Positions 36,614 through 47,020 of a stretch of 64,000 nucleotides of DNA are shown piece after piece. The position numbers and the translations under genes are program-made. Numbering within the stretch: the first letter of the stretch is position 1; every line of letters begins with the position of its first letter. The notes below the pieces were generated by a model. That model made no database searches, was not told the DNA's origin, and saw only the letters and a list, made by a program, of their open reading frames with translations. The stretch is taken from assembly GCA_903908715.1 (NCBI GenBank), contig CAIVSY010000115.1, forward strand, positions 35 to 64,034, given 5' to 3'. The DNA is from an uncultured bacterium. Its GTDB lineage: Bacteria; Verrucomicrobiota; Kiritimatiellia; CAIKKV01; CAITUY01.

Positions 36614-39337
36614 TCAACCCTGGATGGCGGCCTGTGCGGCTGCCAGCCGTGCGATCGGCACGCGGTAAGGGCTGCACGAGACGTAGTTCAGGCCTGACTT
36701 GAAGCAGAAGCGGACCGAGTCCGGATCGCCGCCCTGTTCGCCGCAGATGCCGACCTTCAGCGCCGAGTTGGTCTTGCGACCATTGGTCACAGCGCACTTG
36801 ATCAGCTGTCCCACGCCATCCTGATCGATGGTTTGGAACGGATCCGCCGCGATAATTTTCTTATCCAGGTAGTCCTGCATGAATCCGCCGATATCGTCGC
36901 GGCTGAAACCGAAGGTCATCTGGGTCAGGTCGTTCGTGCCGAACGAGAAGAACTGCGCCTCCTGGGCCATGCGGTCCGCCAGCAGGGCCGCGCGGGGGAT
37001 CTCGATCATGGTTCCGAAGAGGTGCGGGATCTCGTCGATCTTCTTGCGGGCGATCACATCCTCGTAGATGCGGCGGCAGATGGCCTTCTGGTGTTTCAGT
37101 TCGTTCATGTCGCAGGTCACGGGAATCATGATTTCCGGATGGCACTTCTTGCCGCTCTTGATGAGTTCCGCCGCCGCCTCGAAGATGGCGCGGATCTGCA
37201 TCTCGGTGATTTCCGGATAGGTGATGCCGAGGCGCACGCCGCGGTGTCCCATCATGGGGTTCGACTCGTGCAGAGAGTCGCCGCGGGCCTTGACCTCCTT
37301 GGCGGTGATGCCGAGGCTGGCGGCCAGTTCCTGCTGCTTGGCCGGGTTTTGGGGCACGAACTCATGCAGGGGCGGATCGAGCAGGCGCACGGTGACCGGC
37401 AGGCCGTCCATGGCCGCAAGGGTTGCCTTGATGTCGCTCTTCACGAAGCGGAAGAGTTTCTTCAAGGACGCCTGGCGTTCCTCAGGGGTCTTGCTGAGGA
37501 TCATCTTGCGGAGCAGGAAGAGGGGTTCATCGCTGCCCTTGCCGTAGAACATGTGCTCGGTACGGAACAGGCCGATACCCTCGGCGCCGAAGGCGCGGGC
37601 CTTGCGGGCGTCCTCGGCCGTGTCGGCGTTGGCGCGCACACCCATCGTGCGGTACTTGTCCACCAGCGTCATGAAATGCTGGAACCGCGGGTTCTCCGAG
37701 GCGTCCATCAGGGCGATCTGTCCGGCGTAGACATGGCCGCGTGTGCCGTTCAGGGTTACCAGGGCGCCTTCCTTCAGCGTCTGGCTTCCGACCTTCAGTT
37801 CCTTCTTGTGGGCGTTGACATGCATCGCGCCGGCGCCGACGATGCAGCACTTGCCCCAGCCGCGGGCCACAAGGGCCGCATGGCTGGTCATGCCGCCGCG
37901 GGCGGTCAGGATGCCTTCGGCGGCGCGCATGCCTTCGACATCTTCGGGATTCGTTTCTTCGCGGACGAGGATGACGGTCTTGCCGGCCTTGGCCCATTTC
38001 ACCGCGTCATTGGCGGTGAAAACGATCTGGCCGCAGGCGCCGCCGGGCCCTGCGGGCAGGCCCTTGCAGAGCAGCTTGGCCATGATTTCCGCCTTCGGGT
38101 CCACGATCGGGTGCAGCAGTTCATCCAGCTGGGAGGGCTTCACGCGCAGGACGGCGGTCTTCTCGTTGATCAGCTGTTCCTCGAGCATGTCCATGGCCAT
38201 GTTCAGGGCCGCTGTGCCGGTGCGTTTTCCGCTGCGGCACTGGAGCATGTAGAGCTTACCTTCCTGGATGGTGAACTCGATGTCCTGCATGTCCTTGTAA
38301 TGCTTCTCGAGTGTTGCGCGGATGCCCAGGAGCTGCTTGTAGGTCTGGGGCATCTGTTCCTCGAGCGACAGCAGGTGCTTGTTCTGGTCGTTCTTGGTGT
38401 CGTTGTTCAGGGGGCTTGGGGTACGGATGCCCGCCACCACATCCTCGCCCTGCGCATTGATCAGCCATTCGCCGTAGAACTTGTTCTCGCCGGTGGCCGG
38501 GTTGCGCGTGAACGCCACGCCGGTGGCTGAGGAATCCCCCATGTTGCCGAATACCATGGCCTGCACGTTCACTGCGGTTCCCCATGAATCCGGGATGTTC
38601 TCGATCCGGCGGTAGGAAATCGCGCGCTTGCCGTTCCAGCTCTTGAAGACGGCGCCGATGCCGCCCCACAACTGCTCCATCGGATCATCCGGGAAGGGCT
38701 TGCCGAGGACCTTCTTGACGCGTTCCTTGAACTTCTCGCAGAGGGTTTTCAGGTCCGCGGTGGTCATATCCGTGTCGGACTTGTAGCCCTTCTTGCTCTT
38801 GAGCTCGTGCATGATGCCTTCCAACTGCATACGGATGCCCTTGCCCTCGGCGGGTTCGATCCCCTCGGACTTTTCCATGACGACGTCGGAGTACATCATG
38901 ATCAGTCGGCGGTAGGAGTCATACACGAAACGCTCGTTGCCGGTTTTCTCGATCAGGCCGGGGATGGTGCGGGTACACAGGCCGACATTCAGGACGGTTT
39001 CCATTATGCCGGGCATCGAGGTGCGGGCTCCCGAGCGGCAGGAAACCAGCAGGGCGTTCCGGGTGTCGCCGAACTTCATGTTCATATCCGATTCCATGCG
39101 GCGCAGGGCGGCTTCCACCTGGCCGGTCAGGTTCGCCGGGAACCGGGAATCGTTCTCGAAATAATCCGCACAGCATTCGGTTGAAACGGTGAAACCGGCC
39201 GGCACGGGCAGGCCGAGTCGGCACATTTCCGCCAGGTTGGCGCCCTTGCCGCCCAGCAGGTTCTTCTGGTCGGCGTTGCCGTCCGTCTTGCTGGGTCCGA
39301 AACTGTACACATACTGCTTGCCGCTCTTCGTCGTCAT
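36614..39337 (-). CDS. ppdK: Pyruvate, phosphate dikinase
   Basis: About 907 aa from the internal ATG preceded by GAGGAG. PEP-utilising enzyme motifs (GGMTSHAALVARGWG, phosphohistidine region). Full-length PPDK architecture. Confidence 0.95.
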   Translation of the reverse strand: MTTKSGKQYVYSFGPSKTDGNADQKNLLGGKGANLAEMCRLGLPVPAGFTVSTECCADYFENDSRFPANLTGQVEAALRRMESDMNMKFGDTRNALLVSCRSGARTSMPGIMETVLNVGLCTRTIPGLIEKTGNERFVYDSYRRLIMMYSDVVMEKSEGIEPAEGKGIRMQLEGIMHELKSKKGYKSDTDMTTADLKTLCEKFKERVKKVLGKPFPDDPMEQLWGGIGAVFKSWNGKRAISYRRIENIPDSWGTAVNVQAMVFGNMGDSSATGVAFTRNPATGENKFYGEWLINAQGEDVVAGIRTPSPLNNDTKNDQNKHLLSLEEQMPQTYKQLLGIRATLEKHYKDMQDIEFTIQEGKLYMLQCRSGKRTGTAALNMAMDMLEEQLINEKTAVLRVKPSQLDELLHPIVDPKAEIMAKLLCKGLPAGPGGACGQIVFTANDAVKWAKAGKTVILVREETNPEDVEGMRAAEGILTARGGMTSHAALVARGWGKCCIVGAGAMHVNAHKKELKVGSQTLKEGALVTLNGTRGHVYAGQIALMDASENPRFQHFMTLVDKYRTMGVRANADTAEDARKARAFGAEGIGLFRTEHMFYGKGSDEPLFLLRKMILSKTPEERQASLKKLFRFVKSDIKATLAAMDGLPVTVRLLDPPLHEFVPQNPAKQQELAASLGITAKEVKARGDSLHESNPMMGHRGVRLGITYPEITEMQIRAIFEAAAELIKSGKKCHPEIMIPVTCDMNELKHQKAICRRIYEDVIARKKIDEIPHLFGTMIEIPRAALLADRMAQEAQFFSFGTNDLTQMTFGFSRDDIGGFMQDYLDKKIIAADPFQTIDQDGVGQLIKCAVTNGRKTNSALKVGICGEQGGDPDSVRFCFKSGLNYVSCSPYRVPIARLAAAQAAIQG

Positions 39338-39632
39338 GTTGCGATGCTCCTCTGCTCCCTTGCTGGTGTCTCGCGGACATGCGGACACCGGTTGTTAAAA
39401 AAACCTGCAGGCGGATCCGCGCCGGGTCCGGACGCAAAAGATCCCGCTTTCCGCCCAATCAAGGCACGAAGAAACCTCGTGACATATAATCAGGGGCCGC
39501 GGGAATTGCGGACTGGACAACCGTACACGAATCGCTACGATTAACCGCCTCAATATAGGAAAAGAAGCGCAGGGGCGCAAGGTGTTTCGATAATTTTTAA
39601 ACGAAAAGTTACAGACAACAAGGAGACACAGG

Positions 39633-41624
39633 GTGAGCAAGCAGATGATCATGGCGGCCAACACGATTCGCGGGTTGGCCATGGATGGTGTGCAGAAGGC
39701 GAATTCAGGGCATCCGGGAATGCCGATGGGAATGGCGGATGTCGCGGCGGTCCTGTTCCTCAAGTATTTGAATCATTGCCCGTCCCGGCCGGACTGGGCG
39801 AACCGCGATCGTTTTGTTTTGTCCGGCGGGCACGGTTCGATGCTGCTGTACAGCCTGCTGCATCTGACAGGGTACGGTTTGCCGATCGACGAGTTGAAGC
39901 GTTTCCGCCAGTGGGGCAGCAAGACGCCCGGTCATCCCGAGTATGGACACACGGTCGGTGTGGAGACGACATCCGGCCCGCTGGGCCAGGGTTGCGGGAA
40001 TGGTGTCGGGATGGCGCTGGCCGAGCGGATGATGGCGGCGCGGTTCAATTCCGGCGTGTTCACGCCGGTGGATCATTACACCTATGTCTTTTGCGGGGAT
40101 GGCGACATGATGGAGGGGATTTCGCATGAAGCCTTCTCGCTCGCCGGTCATCTCGGCTTGAACAAGCTGATCGTCTTCTACGATTACAACAACATCACGA
40201 TCGAGGGGGACACCCGGTTGGCCTACTCGGATGATGTGCGGAAGCGTTTCCTGGGTTACAGGTGGAACGTGCTGGAGATCGACGGTCACGACATGGGCGA
40301 GATCGAGAAGGCGATCGAGGCGGCCAGGCAGGAGAAGGAACGTCCGACGCTCGTCATTACGAGGACCCATATCGCGCAGGGGTCCCCGAACCTGCATGAT
40401 TCCCACAAGGCGCATGGTGAGCCCCTGGGGGCCGAAGAGGTCAAGGCTACAAAGCGCAATATCGGGCTTCCGGAAGGCGAGGACTTCCACGTGCCGGAGG
40501 CGGTTCGCGATCTCTTCGCGGCGCGGGCGCGTGAAATGGATGCGAGGGCGGCAGCCTGGGATGCCGAATTCCGGAAATATGCGGCGGCGCATCCGGATCT
40601 GGCGGGATTGTGGCATGCCTGCGCGAAGCAGGAACTGCCCGCGGATCTGCAGAAGCAGTTGCCGGTTTTTGATGTGGCCAAGCCTGAGGCGACGCGTGTT
40701 TCGTCCGGCAAGGTGATGCAGAAGCTTGCCAAAGCTATGCCCTGGTTCGTCGGTGGTGCGGCGGACCTGGCGCCGAGCACCAAGACGTTCCTGGAAGGCC
40801 TGCCTTCGGTCGGTCCCGGCGCCTTCGAGGGGCGGAACCTGCACTTTGGTATCCGTGAGCACGGCATGGCGGCGATCCTGAACGGCATGCAGCTCCACGG
40901 CGGATTCCGGGTGTTCGGGGCGACGTTCTTCGTGTTCGCCGATTATTGCCGGCCGACGATCCGCCTGTCGGCGCTGATGCAACTGCCGGTTGTCTATGTG
41001 TTCACGCATGACAGTTTCTATGTGGGCGAGGATGGTCCGACCCATGAGCCGGTGGAGCACATAGCCAGCTTCCGCTGTATGCCGAATGTATCGGTCATCC
41101 GTCCTGCGGATGCCACGGAGACCGCGGCGGCCTGGGTGGCGGCTCTCAGGAATACGACTGGGCCGACGCTGCTGCTGCTGACCCGGCACAATCTTCCGGT
41201 GCTGGACCGATCAGTCTATCCGGCGGCCTCGAACCTGGAGAAGGGCGCCTATGTGCTCTGGCAGAGCGCGGCGGGAGTTCCTGATCTGATCCTGATCGCC
41301 AGCGGTTCGGAAGTGAGCCTGGCGCTTGATTCCGGAAAGGAACTGGCGAAGGAAGGAAAGATCATCCGTGTGGTGAGCATGCCCTCGTGGGATCTCTTCG
41401 AAAAGCAGGCTCCGGAATACCGCGCCGAAGTCCTCCCTCCCGACTGCAAGAAGCGGGTGGCCGTCGAGGCGGGGTCCGGCATGGGCTGGCAGAAGTACGT
41501 GGGTTGCAAAGGCCGCCTCATATCACTGGATCGTTTCGGAGCGTCGGCTCCGTTCAAGGCGCTGGCCGAAGAGTTCGGTTTCACGACCGCGAATGTCGTC
41601 AAGGTGGCCCGGGAGATCCTGTAA
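39633..41624 (+). CDS. tkt: Transketolase (GTG start)
   Basis: 663 aa. N-terminal TPP motif [12 protein letters not shown]...[17 protein letters not shown] and the full transketolase three-domain layout. Confidence 0.95.
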   Translation: MSKQMIMAANTIRGLAMDGVQKANSGHPGMPMGMADVAAVLFLKYLNHCPSRPDWANRDRFVLSGGHGSMLLYSLLHLTGYGLPIDELKRFRQWGSKTPGHPEYGHTVGVETTSGPLGQGCGNGVGMALAERMMAARFNSGVFTPVDHYTYVFCGDGDMMEGISHEAFSLAGHLGLNKLIVFYDYNNITIEGDTRLAYSDDVRKRFLGYRWNVLEIDGHDMGEIEKAIEAARQEKERPTLVITRTHIAQGSPNLHDSHKAHGEPLGAEEVKATKRNIGLPEGEDFHVPEAVRDLFAARAREMDARAAAWDAEFRKYAAAHPDLAGLWHACAKQELPADLQKQLPVFDVAKPEATRVSSGKVMQKLAKAMPWFVGGAADLAPSTKTFLEGLPSVGPGAFEGRNLHFGIREHGMAAILNGMQLHGGFRVFGATFFVFADYCRPTIRLSALMQLPVVYVFTHDSFYVGEDGPTHEPVEHIASFRCMPNVSVIRPADATETAAAWVAALRNTTGPTLLLLTRHNLPVLDRSVYPAASNLEKGAYVLWQSAAGVPDLILIASGSEVSLALDSGKELAKEGKIIRVVSMPSWDLFEKQAPEYRAEVLPPDCKKRVAVEAGSGMGWQKYVGCKGRLISLDRFGASAPFKALAEEFGFTTANVVKVAREIL

Positions 41625-41628
41625 GGAG

Positions 41629-44493
41629 ATGAATATGCAGTTCCGGGTTCCCGCGGGTGAGGTCACGTTCGACCGCAAGTCTTTCCGGGTGGGTGGCCGG
41701 CGCGTCTGGCTGCATGCCGGGGACTTGCATTACTTCCGTCACCCTTGCGAGTTGTGGGAGGAAGCGCTGCGGCGGGTCAAGGCGGCGGGACTGAACACCA
41801 TCAGCACCTACGTGGCGTGGAACTTCCATGCGCCCCGGGAGGACCAGGTGGATTTCACGGGTGACCGTGACCTGGGCCGGTTCCTGGACCTGGTGCAGAG
41901 TCTGGGGATGTTCGCCGTGGTCCGTCCGGGTCCCTACATCTGCAGCGAGTGGGATGGCGGCGGGCTTCCGGCCTGGCTGCTGGGGAAACCCGGGATCCAG
42001 ACCCGTGATGATGATCCGGTCTACATGAAATATGTGGAACGATGGTTTCAGCAGGTCCTGCCCCATGTGGCGCCGCGCCAGACTTCCCGCGGCGGGCCGG
42101 TCATCCTGGTGCAAAACGAGAACGAGTATAACGGCGGCTGGAACGAATCGACCCGCAGCTACATGCGCAAGATTAACGCCATGTTCCGCGCCGGCGATAT
42201 CGACGTGCCGATCATCGCCTGCAACTGCCATGGCCGCCCGCCCTATGACATCGTGATCAACGGGACCGCTGACCCGGCGGACCAGTTTGTATCGCCGGAC
42301 ATGATCTTGACCTACAACTGGGGGCCGGGCGCCGAACCGGTCCGCAAGTTGCAGGCGCGGCAGCCGGACAAGCCCCTTTTCATGACGGAGTATTGGTCCG
42401 GTCCGCAGGTCTACTGGGGGAAACCCATCGGCGATTATTGTGCGGCGCCGGAATATGCCCGCTCCATGCTGGAGTTCGCGTCGCTGGGCTGCCAGATCAC
42501 CTATTACATGTTCGATGGCGGCACCAATTTCGAGTACTGGTCGGGACGCAACATCGCCACCTCCTACCAGTCGAACTATCCGGTGCGCGAAGGGGGCGCC
42601 CTCGGGGACAAGTATTACCGGCTGAACCCGGTGAACCATTTCATCACGCAGTTCGCGGACGAGCTGGCGGAAAGTGACGAGGTGGTTGACCGGCTGGGCC
42701 TCTCCGTGTCCGACGGTGTACGCCTGGTGGTTCGCAAGACACCGGCCGGTCATCTGCTGTTTGTTTCCCATGAGGGGGTGCGGCCCCGGGTGAATATCGG
42801 GCTACCCGGCGGGGAGTCGCTGGAGGTGGCCTGGCCGTCCATCCGCGCGTTTGCCTTGCCGCTGGACTTGGAGGTGCTGCCGGGACTGCGTCTGGAATCC
42901 TCGAACCTCGGACTGCTGGGGAGGAGTGCCGGGATGCGTGCCGTGGTGCTTTGGGGGCGTGCCGGCACGGAGGGCTGTTTCCGCGTCAACGGGCGGCAGG
43001 AGAAATTCACGATTCCCGCGGATCGCGTGCTGGATATCCCGGCGGGTGACGCAAGGATCCTGGTGGTGGATGAGGGCATGGCGGGCCGGACCTGGTTTCC
43101 GGGCGACGGCCGGATTGTTTTCGGATCCGATTTTGCGGAGCTTTCAGGGAAGGGTTCGCTGGTGATCCGTCATAGCGACGTGACATCCCGCATCTGTGTG
43201 CTGGATCGCGATGGGCTTTCGCCGGTTGCATGTCCTGCGGTCGCGCCCCTGCCTGGACTGCCTGCCCTGACCGACTGGCGCAGGCAGGAATGCCCCGAAC
43301 GGATGGCGGAAGGCGAAGGTTGGCAGCCGCTCCCGGACGGGCCGAAATCGCACGAGGACCTGGGGCGCCTGTACGGATATGTCTGGTACCGGGCGGAATA
43401 CGAGGCGAAGGAGGACGGCTTTGTCCCGCTTTTTGCGCCGATGCGTTCGACGCGGCTGAGCGTGTATGTCAACGGGGTGTACAGCGGCACCAGCGGGGAG
43501 CTCTCGCGGTTCGTGGAGTTCTGCGGGTACCGGCATCCGGCCGATGCGTGGCAACAGGATCAGGTTGAAGTGCCGATCCGGAAAGGCATCAACCGGTTCG
43601 TGTTCCTTTCTGACCATCTCGGGCGTTGGTTCAACGGAAAGCCGGACATCCAGGGTTTGCGCGGGCCCGTGTATCTCGGGGCCCGGCGCGTGAGCCTGGC
43701 CGGCGCGAAGACGTTTGCGCCGGCTCCGATCCTGGAGGAGGCATTTCCCTCCTTGTACCACCGGGAATTCCGCACGCCCCAGCCGCTGCCGGGCGTGGAG
43801 ATGACGGTGGACGTGCCGCGCGGAACGGATGGATGCCTGATCCTGCCTTCCGGTCTGGTCAACATTGCCGTGAGCGTGGATGGCCGGCATGTCGCGGCCA
43901 TGCCCAAGGCCAAATTCCCTTCCAGTTTCGTGCGGTTGCCGGAGTGGATATCGGGCAGGCGGATCGTGTTGCGCATCCAGAGCGAGGCCGTTGGCGGCTT
44001 TGCCCCTTGTCTGGAACACGTGGGATTGTTCCTGTTTTCGCGCCGCAACACCTTGCGCGGATGGGCATGGAAGGCGGGCGGCGAGTGGCCCGTGGACGGG
44101 ATGACCGGTTCTTCGGCGAATGCCGTTTCCACCCGTGGCGAAGCGGAAGCGTGGGAAGGGCTGATGCCCGACCAGAAGAATCCGGCCGGCACGGGCGCCA
44201 AGCCCGCCTATTACATCACTTCGTTTGAAAGGCCGGCCGGCGATCTTCCGCTGTTCCTGAACATCGGCAAACTGCACAAGGGTCAGCTTTTCCTGAACGG
44301 AAGGAACCTCGGGCGATTCTGGCAGGTTGGCGGATTCGCAGGCGGGAACGGGGTCCAGAGCCGTTATTATCTTCCGCGCCCGTGGTTGCGCAAGCAGAAC
44401 GTCCTGGTGGTGTTCGAGGAGTACGGCTTACCTCCGCAGGAAGTTTCCCTTTGCTGGGGAGTCGGGTCCAATCCGGCGGACCTGAGCCGGTAA
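41629..44493 (+). CDS. Glycoside hydrolase family 35 beta-galactosidase
   Basis: About 955 aa. N-terminal GH35 catalytic TIM-barrel (ISTYVAWNFHAP...PGPYICSEWDGGGLPAWL...VQNENEY), followed by beta-sandwich domains. Confidence 0.85.
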   Translation: MNMQFRVPAGEVTFDRKSFRVGGRRVWLHAGDLHYFRHPCELWEEALRRVKAAGLNTISTYVAWNFHAPREDQVDFTGDRDLGRFLDLVQSLGMFAVVRPGPYICSEWDGGGLPAWLLGKPGIQTRDDDPVYMKYVERWFQQVLPHVAPRQTSRGGPVILVQNENEYNGGWNESTRSYMRKINAMFRAGDIDVPIIACNCHGRPPYDIVINGTADPADQFVSPDMILTYNWGPGAEPVRKLQARQPDKPLFMTEYWSGPQVYWGKPIGDYCAAPEYARSMLEFASLGCQITYYMFDGGTNFEYWSGRNIATSYQSNYPVREGGALGDKYYRLNPVNHFITQFADELAESDEVVDRLGLSVSDGVRLVVRKTPAGHLLFVSHEGVRPRVNIGLPGGESLEVAWPSIRAFALPLDLEVLPGLRLESSNLGLLGRSAGMRAVVLWGRAGTEGCFRVNGRQEKFTIPADRVLDIPAGDARILVVDEGMAGRTWFPGDGRIVFGSDFAELSGKGSLVIRHSDVTSRICVLDRDGLSPVACPAVAPLPGLPALTDWRRQECPERMAEGEGWQPLPDGPKSHEDLGRLYGYVWYRAEYEAKEDGFVPLFAPMRSTRLSVYVNGVYSGTSGELSRFVEFCGYRHPADAWQQDQVEVPIRKGINRFVFLSDHLGRWFNGKPDIQGLRGPVYLGARRVSLAGAKTFAPAPILEEAFPSLYHREFRTPQPLPGVEMTVDVPRGTDGCLILPSGLVNIAVSVDGRHVAAMPKAKFPSSFVRLPEWISGRRIVLRIQSEAVGGFAPCLEHVGLFLFSRRNTLRGWAWKAGGEWPVDGMTGSSANAVSTRGEAEAWEGLMPDQKNPAGTGAKPAYYITSFERPAGDLPLFLNIGKLHKGQLFLNGRNLGRFWQVGGFAGGNGVQSRYYLPRPWLRKQNVLVVFEEYGLPPQEVSLCWGVGSNPADLSR

Positions 44494-44525
44494 CCGTGTA
44501 TCCTGCTTACCGGAGGAGTGATGGC

Positions 44526-45803
44526 ATGGAAGAAATGAACAGCTCCCGATGGGTTCTGGAAAGCTTGATGGAGCCGGGTGCGTTTGGCGGGAAACCGGAG
44601 CACTGGGAAGAGGCGATGGCGGCCCTGCCGGCGGGCCTTCCTCCGTTTCTGGATCCGGCGGCCTTGCCCGGTCGACGGGCCGCGGTCGGCCTGCCGTCTG
44701 CGCGCGATTCGGTTTTGCTCGAGATGGCCGAACGGGTGGCGAAGGATCCGGCCCTCCTGCGGTATGCGTGGTACCTGTACTGGTTCATGTTTCCGGTTCC
44801 GGTGCGTGGGGTTCCATGGGGCGCGCCTTCGCTGGAGAAGCGCCTGGGCCGGCAAAGCGGTTTGTTTTACGAGCTGATCGCGCTGGAGTTCTTCCCGCGC
44901 CTTGCCCTGTGGCATCGCAAGGCCGGTTACCCGGAGTCGGTCACCGTCGAAACCGCCCGGCAGGTAGCTCTGTTTGACGACAACCATATGCGCGGCGAGG
45001 GTGTGCCCGGCGTGTATCCGCGCCAGTTCGTGTGGCTGGCGGTGTATTTCGAGAATCCCTATGTGCGGCTGGGGCGTTTTGAATTTGCCCTGACGACCCA
45101 CTATGGGGCCAATGCCTGGAAACGGCTGCGGGACGGCCGGGTTCTGGCGCTGGCGGATGACGGCTTACGTGTAGCCGAGGATGGACTATGCCTGCCCGCA
45201 GATGCGCCCGCACAGGAGGGATGGTCCACCCGCCTGGAGGAACAGGAGGACGGCGCCCGTGGCTATCCGGTTGATCCCGCAGGCCACGTGATCCGCAAGA
45301 AGGTATATCTCGATGCACGCGAGTGGGTGCCTTGCCTGCGAAAAGGGGATCAGGTGCTGGATCTGCACATTCCCGCCGGTGGCGGCATGGGGTGGGAGGC
45401 GGTGACCGCCAGCTTCGCCCAGGCGCTTGAGTTCTTTGCGCGGCATCATTCCGACAAGCCGTTCCAAGCCCTCGTTTGCAGGACCTGGTTTCTGGACGGG
45501 CGCCTTTGCCAGATCCTGCCGCCCGGCGCCAACATTCTCCAGTTCCAGCGCATGGTCTACCTGGTTCCGATTCCGCCCGACCGGGGCGGCCTCTGGTTTG
45601 TTTTCCTCCGCGATACATCCAACGCCGATCCGGACACGCTGCCTTGTGATACAGCCTTGCAGAAGACGCTGGTTGAATTCCTCCGGACACGTGGCGGCTG
45701 GAATGGCGGCGCGATGTTCCTTCTCAAGGAGCATATGAAGTCCTTGCGCGAGGACGTCTATCGCGAAGGATTCCCGGCCCTGCGCGCCGATCTGGGCTTC
45801 TGA
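44526..45803 (+). CDS. Hypothetical protein (no family recognised)
   Basis: About 425 aa. Start ATG preceded by GGAGGAG. Uninterrupted ORF. Lies downstream of the GH35 gene. Confidence 0.5.
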   Translation: MEEMNSSRWVLESLMEPGAFGGKPEHWEEAMAALPAGLPPFLDPAALPGRRAAVGLPSARDSVLLEMAERVAKDPALLRYAWYLYWFMFPVPVRGVPWGAPSLEKRLGRQSGLFYELIALEFFPRLALWHRKAGYPESVTVETARQVALFDDNHMRGEGVPGVYPRQFVWLAVYFENPYVRLGRFEFALTTHYGANAWKRLRDGRVLALADDGLRVAEDGLCLPADAPAQEGWSTRLEEQEDGARGYPVDPAGHVIRKKVYLDAREWVPCLRKGDQVLDLHIPAGGGMGWEAVTASFAQALEFFARHHSDKPFQALVCRTWFLDGRLCQILPPGANILQFQRMVYLVPIPPDRGGLWFVFLRDTSNADPDTLPCDTALQKTLVEFLRTRGGWNGGAMFLLKEHMKSLREDVYREGFPALRADLGF

Positions 45804-45847
45804 TCGTATCCGTGCCGCGCAAGAGCCGCAGAAGCGATGAAGGCCGT

Positions 45848-46885
45848 TCAGAAATCAATCATCGCCTTCACGACGCCCTGCTGATAACCGGCGACCATAT
45901 CGAAAGCCGCCTGTGTTTCGGCAAAGGGGAAGCGGTGGGTCACCATCATGGCAACGTTGACCTGCCGCCGCGCGATCATGTCCAGGGCCGGTTGCACACA
46001 GTGATTCTGGCGGCGGACGTTCTGGATGCAGATTTCCTTGCGGCGGAGATTGTCGATCTGGAAGGACACACGGTCGAGGGTCGGCGGGATGCCGACCAGC
46101 ATGAGTTTACCGCCTGGCTTCAGCAGGGCGATGGCCTGATCCAGCGCCTCCTGTTGCCCGCAGCACTCGAACACAACGTCCAGTTGGTCCGGTTCCTCCG
46201 TGGTGATCGCCTGCACCACGTTTGTTTCCGAGGGATTTCCGGTCCAATCGGCTCCCGCATTACGCGCCAGGGCCAGGCGCGAGTCGATCAGGTCTGTTGT
46301 GTAGATGCGGCCGGCACCGAAGTGGCGCGCGACAAGGAGCACACTGAGCCCGATGGGGCCGGCGCCGAGAATCCCGACCGTGCGGCCCCGCATGGGGATC
46401 GACTGCCGCACCGAATAGAGTCCGATGGAGAGCGGTTCGGAGAGGGCGCCTTGATCGTCGTCCAATGAAGGCGGCAGGGGAAAGCAGCTGGTTTCCGGCA
46501 TGACCAGGAGTTCGGAGAGGCATCCGTCCGCCTGTCCGGGACATCCGAGGAAAAGCATTTTACGACAGGTGTGAGGCCGGTTCGCGAGGCATTGATCGCA
46601 CGACCAGCACGGCATGGCGGGTTCGATGGCGATCCGGTCGCCGGGCTTGACGCGCGAGACGGCTGAACCGACTTGTTTGACGATGCCGGCGCCCTCGTGT
46701 CCCACGGTGAAGGGATACCGGGCCACCTGGCATCCGATCCGGCCCTCGGTGTAGTAGTGTACATCCGATCCGCAGACGCCGACGCGGGTCATCTGGATCA
46801 GCACGTCGGTGTCATGGCGAAGGTCCGGGTCGGGGATCGTATGCATTTCCATATTCCGGATACCGGTCAGTCGCATGGCTTTCAT
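45848..46885 (-). CDS. Zn-dependent alcohol/polyol dehydrogenase (MDR family; sorbitol/threonine dehydrogenase-like)
   Basis: 345 aa from the ATG preceded by AAGGAAAC. Motifs GVCGSDVHY, GHEGAG, and the Rossmann GILGAGPIGL. The upstream 270 codons of the annotated 615-aa ORF are non-coding overlap. Confidence 0.85.
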   Translation of the reverse strand: MKAMRLTGIRNMEMHTIPDPDLRHDTDVLIQMTRVGVCGSDVHYYTEGRIGCQVARYPFTVGHEGAGIVKQVGSAVSRVKPGDRIAIEPAMPCWSCDQCLANRPHTCRKMLFLGCPGQADGCLSELLVMPETSCFPLPPSLDDDQGALSEPLSIGLYSVRQSIPMRGRTVGILGAGPIGLSVLLVARHFGAGRIYTTDLIDSRLALARNAGADWTGNPSETNVVQAITTEEPDQLDVVFECCGQQEALDQAIALLKPGGKLMLVGIPPTLDRVSFQIDNLRRKEICIQNVRRQNHCVQPALDMIARRQVNVAMMVTHRFPFAETQAAFDMVAGYQQGVVKAMIDF

Positions 46886-47020
46886 GAGAGTTTCCTTGCT
46901 GGGTGAGAGACAAGATAGCGGGGTGCTGGGAAAAAGCCAAAGACTGTTTTGCCGTCGTGTTTGACTTCTCCGTATACCTTGTGGCACGTTCTCCTGCGAG
47001 AAAGGCATCAAGGTACAGCC

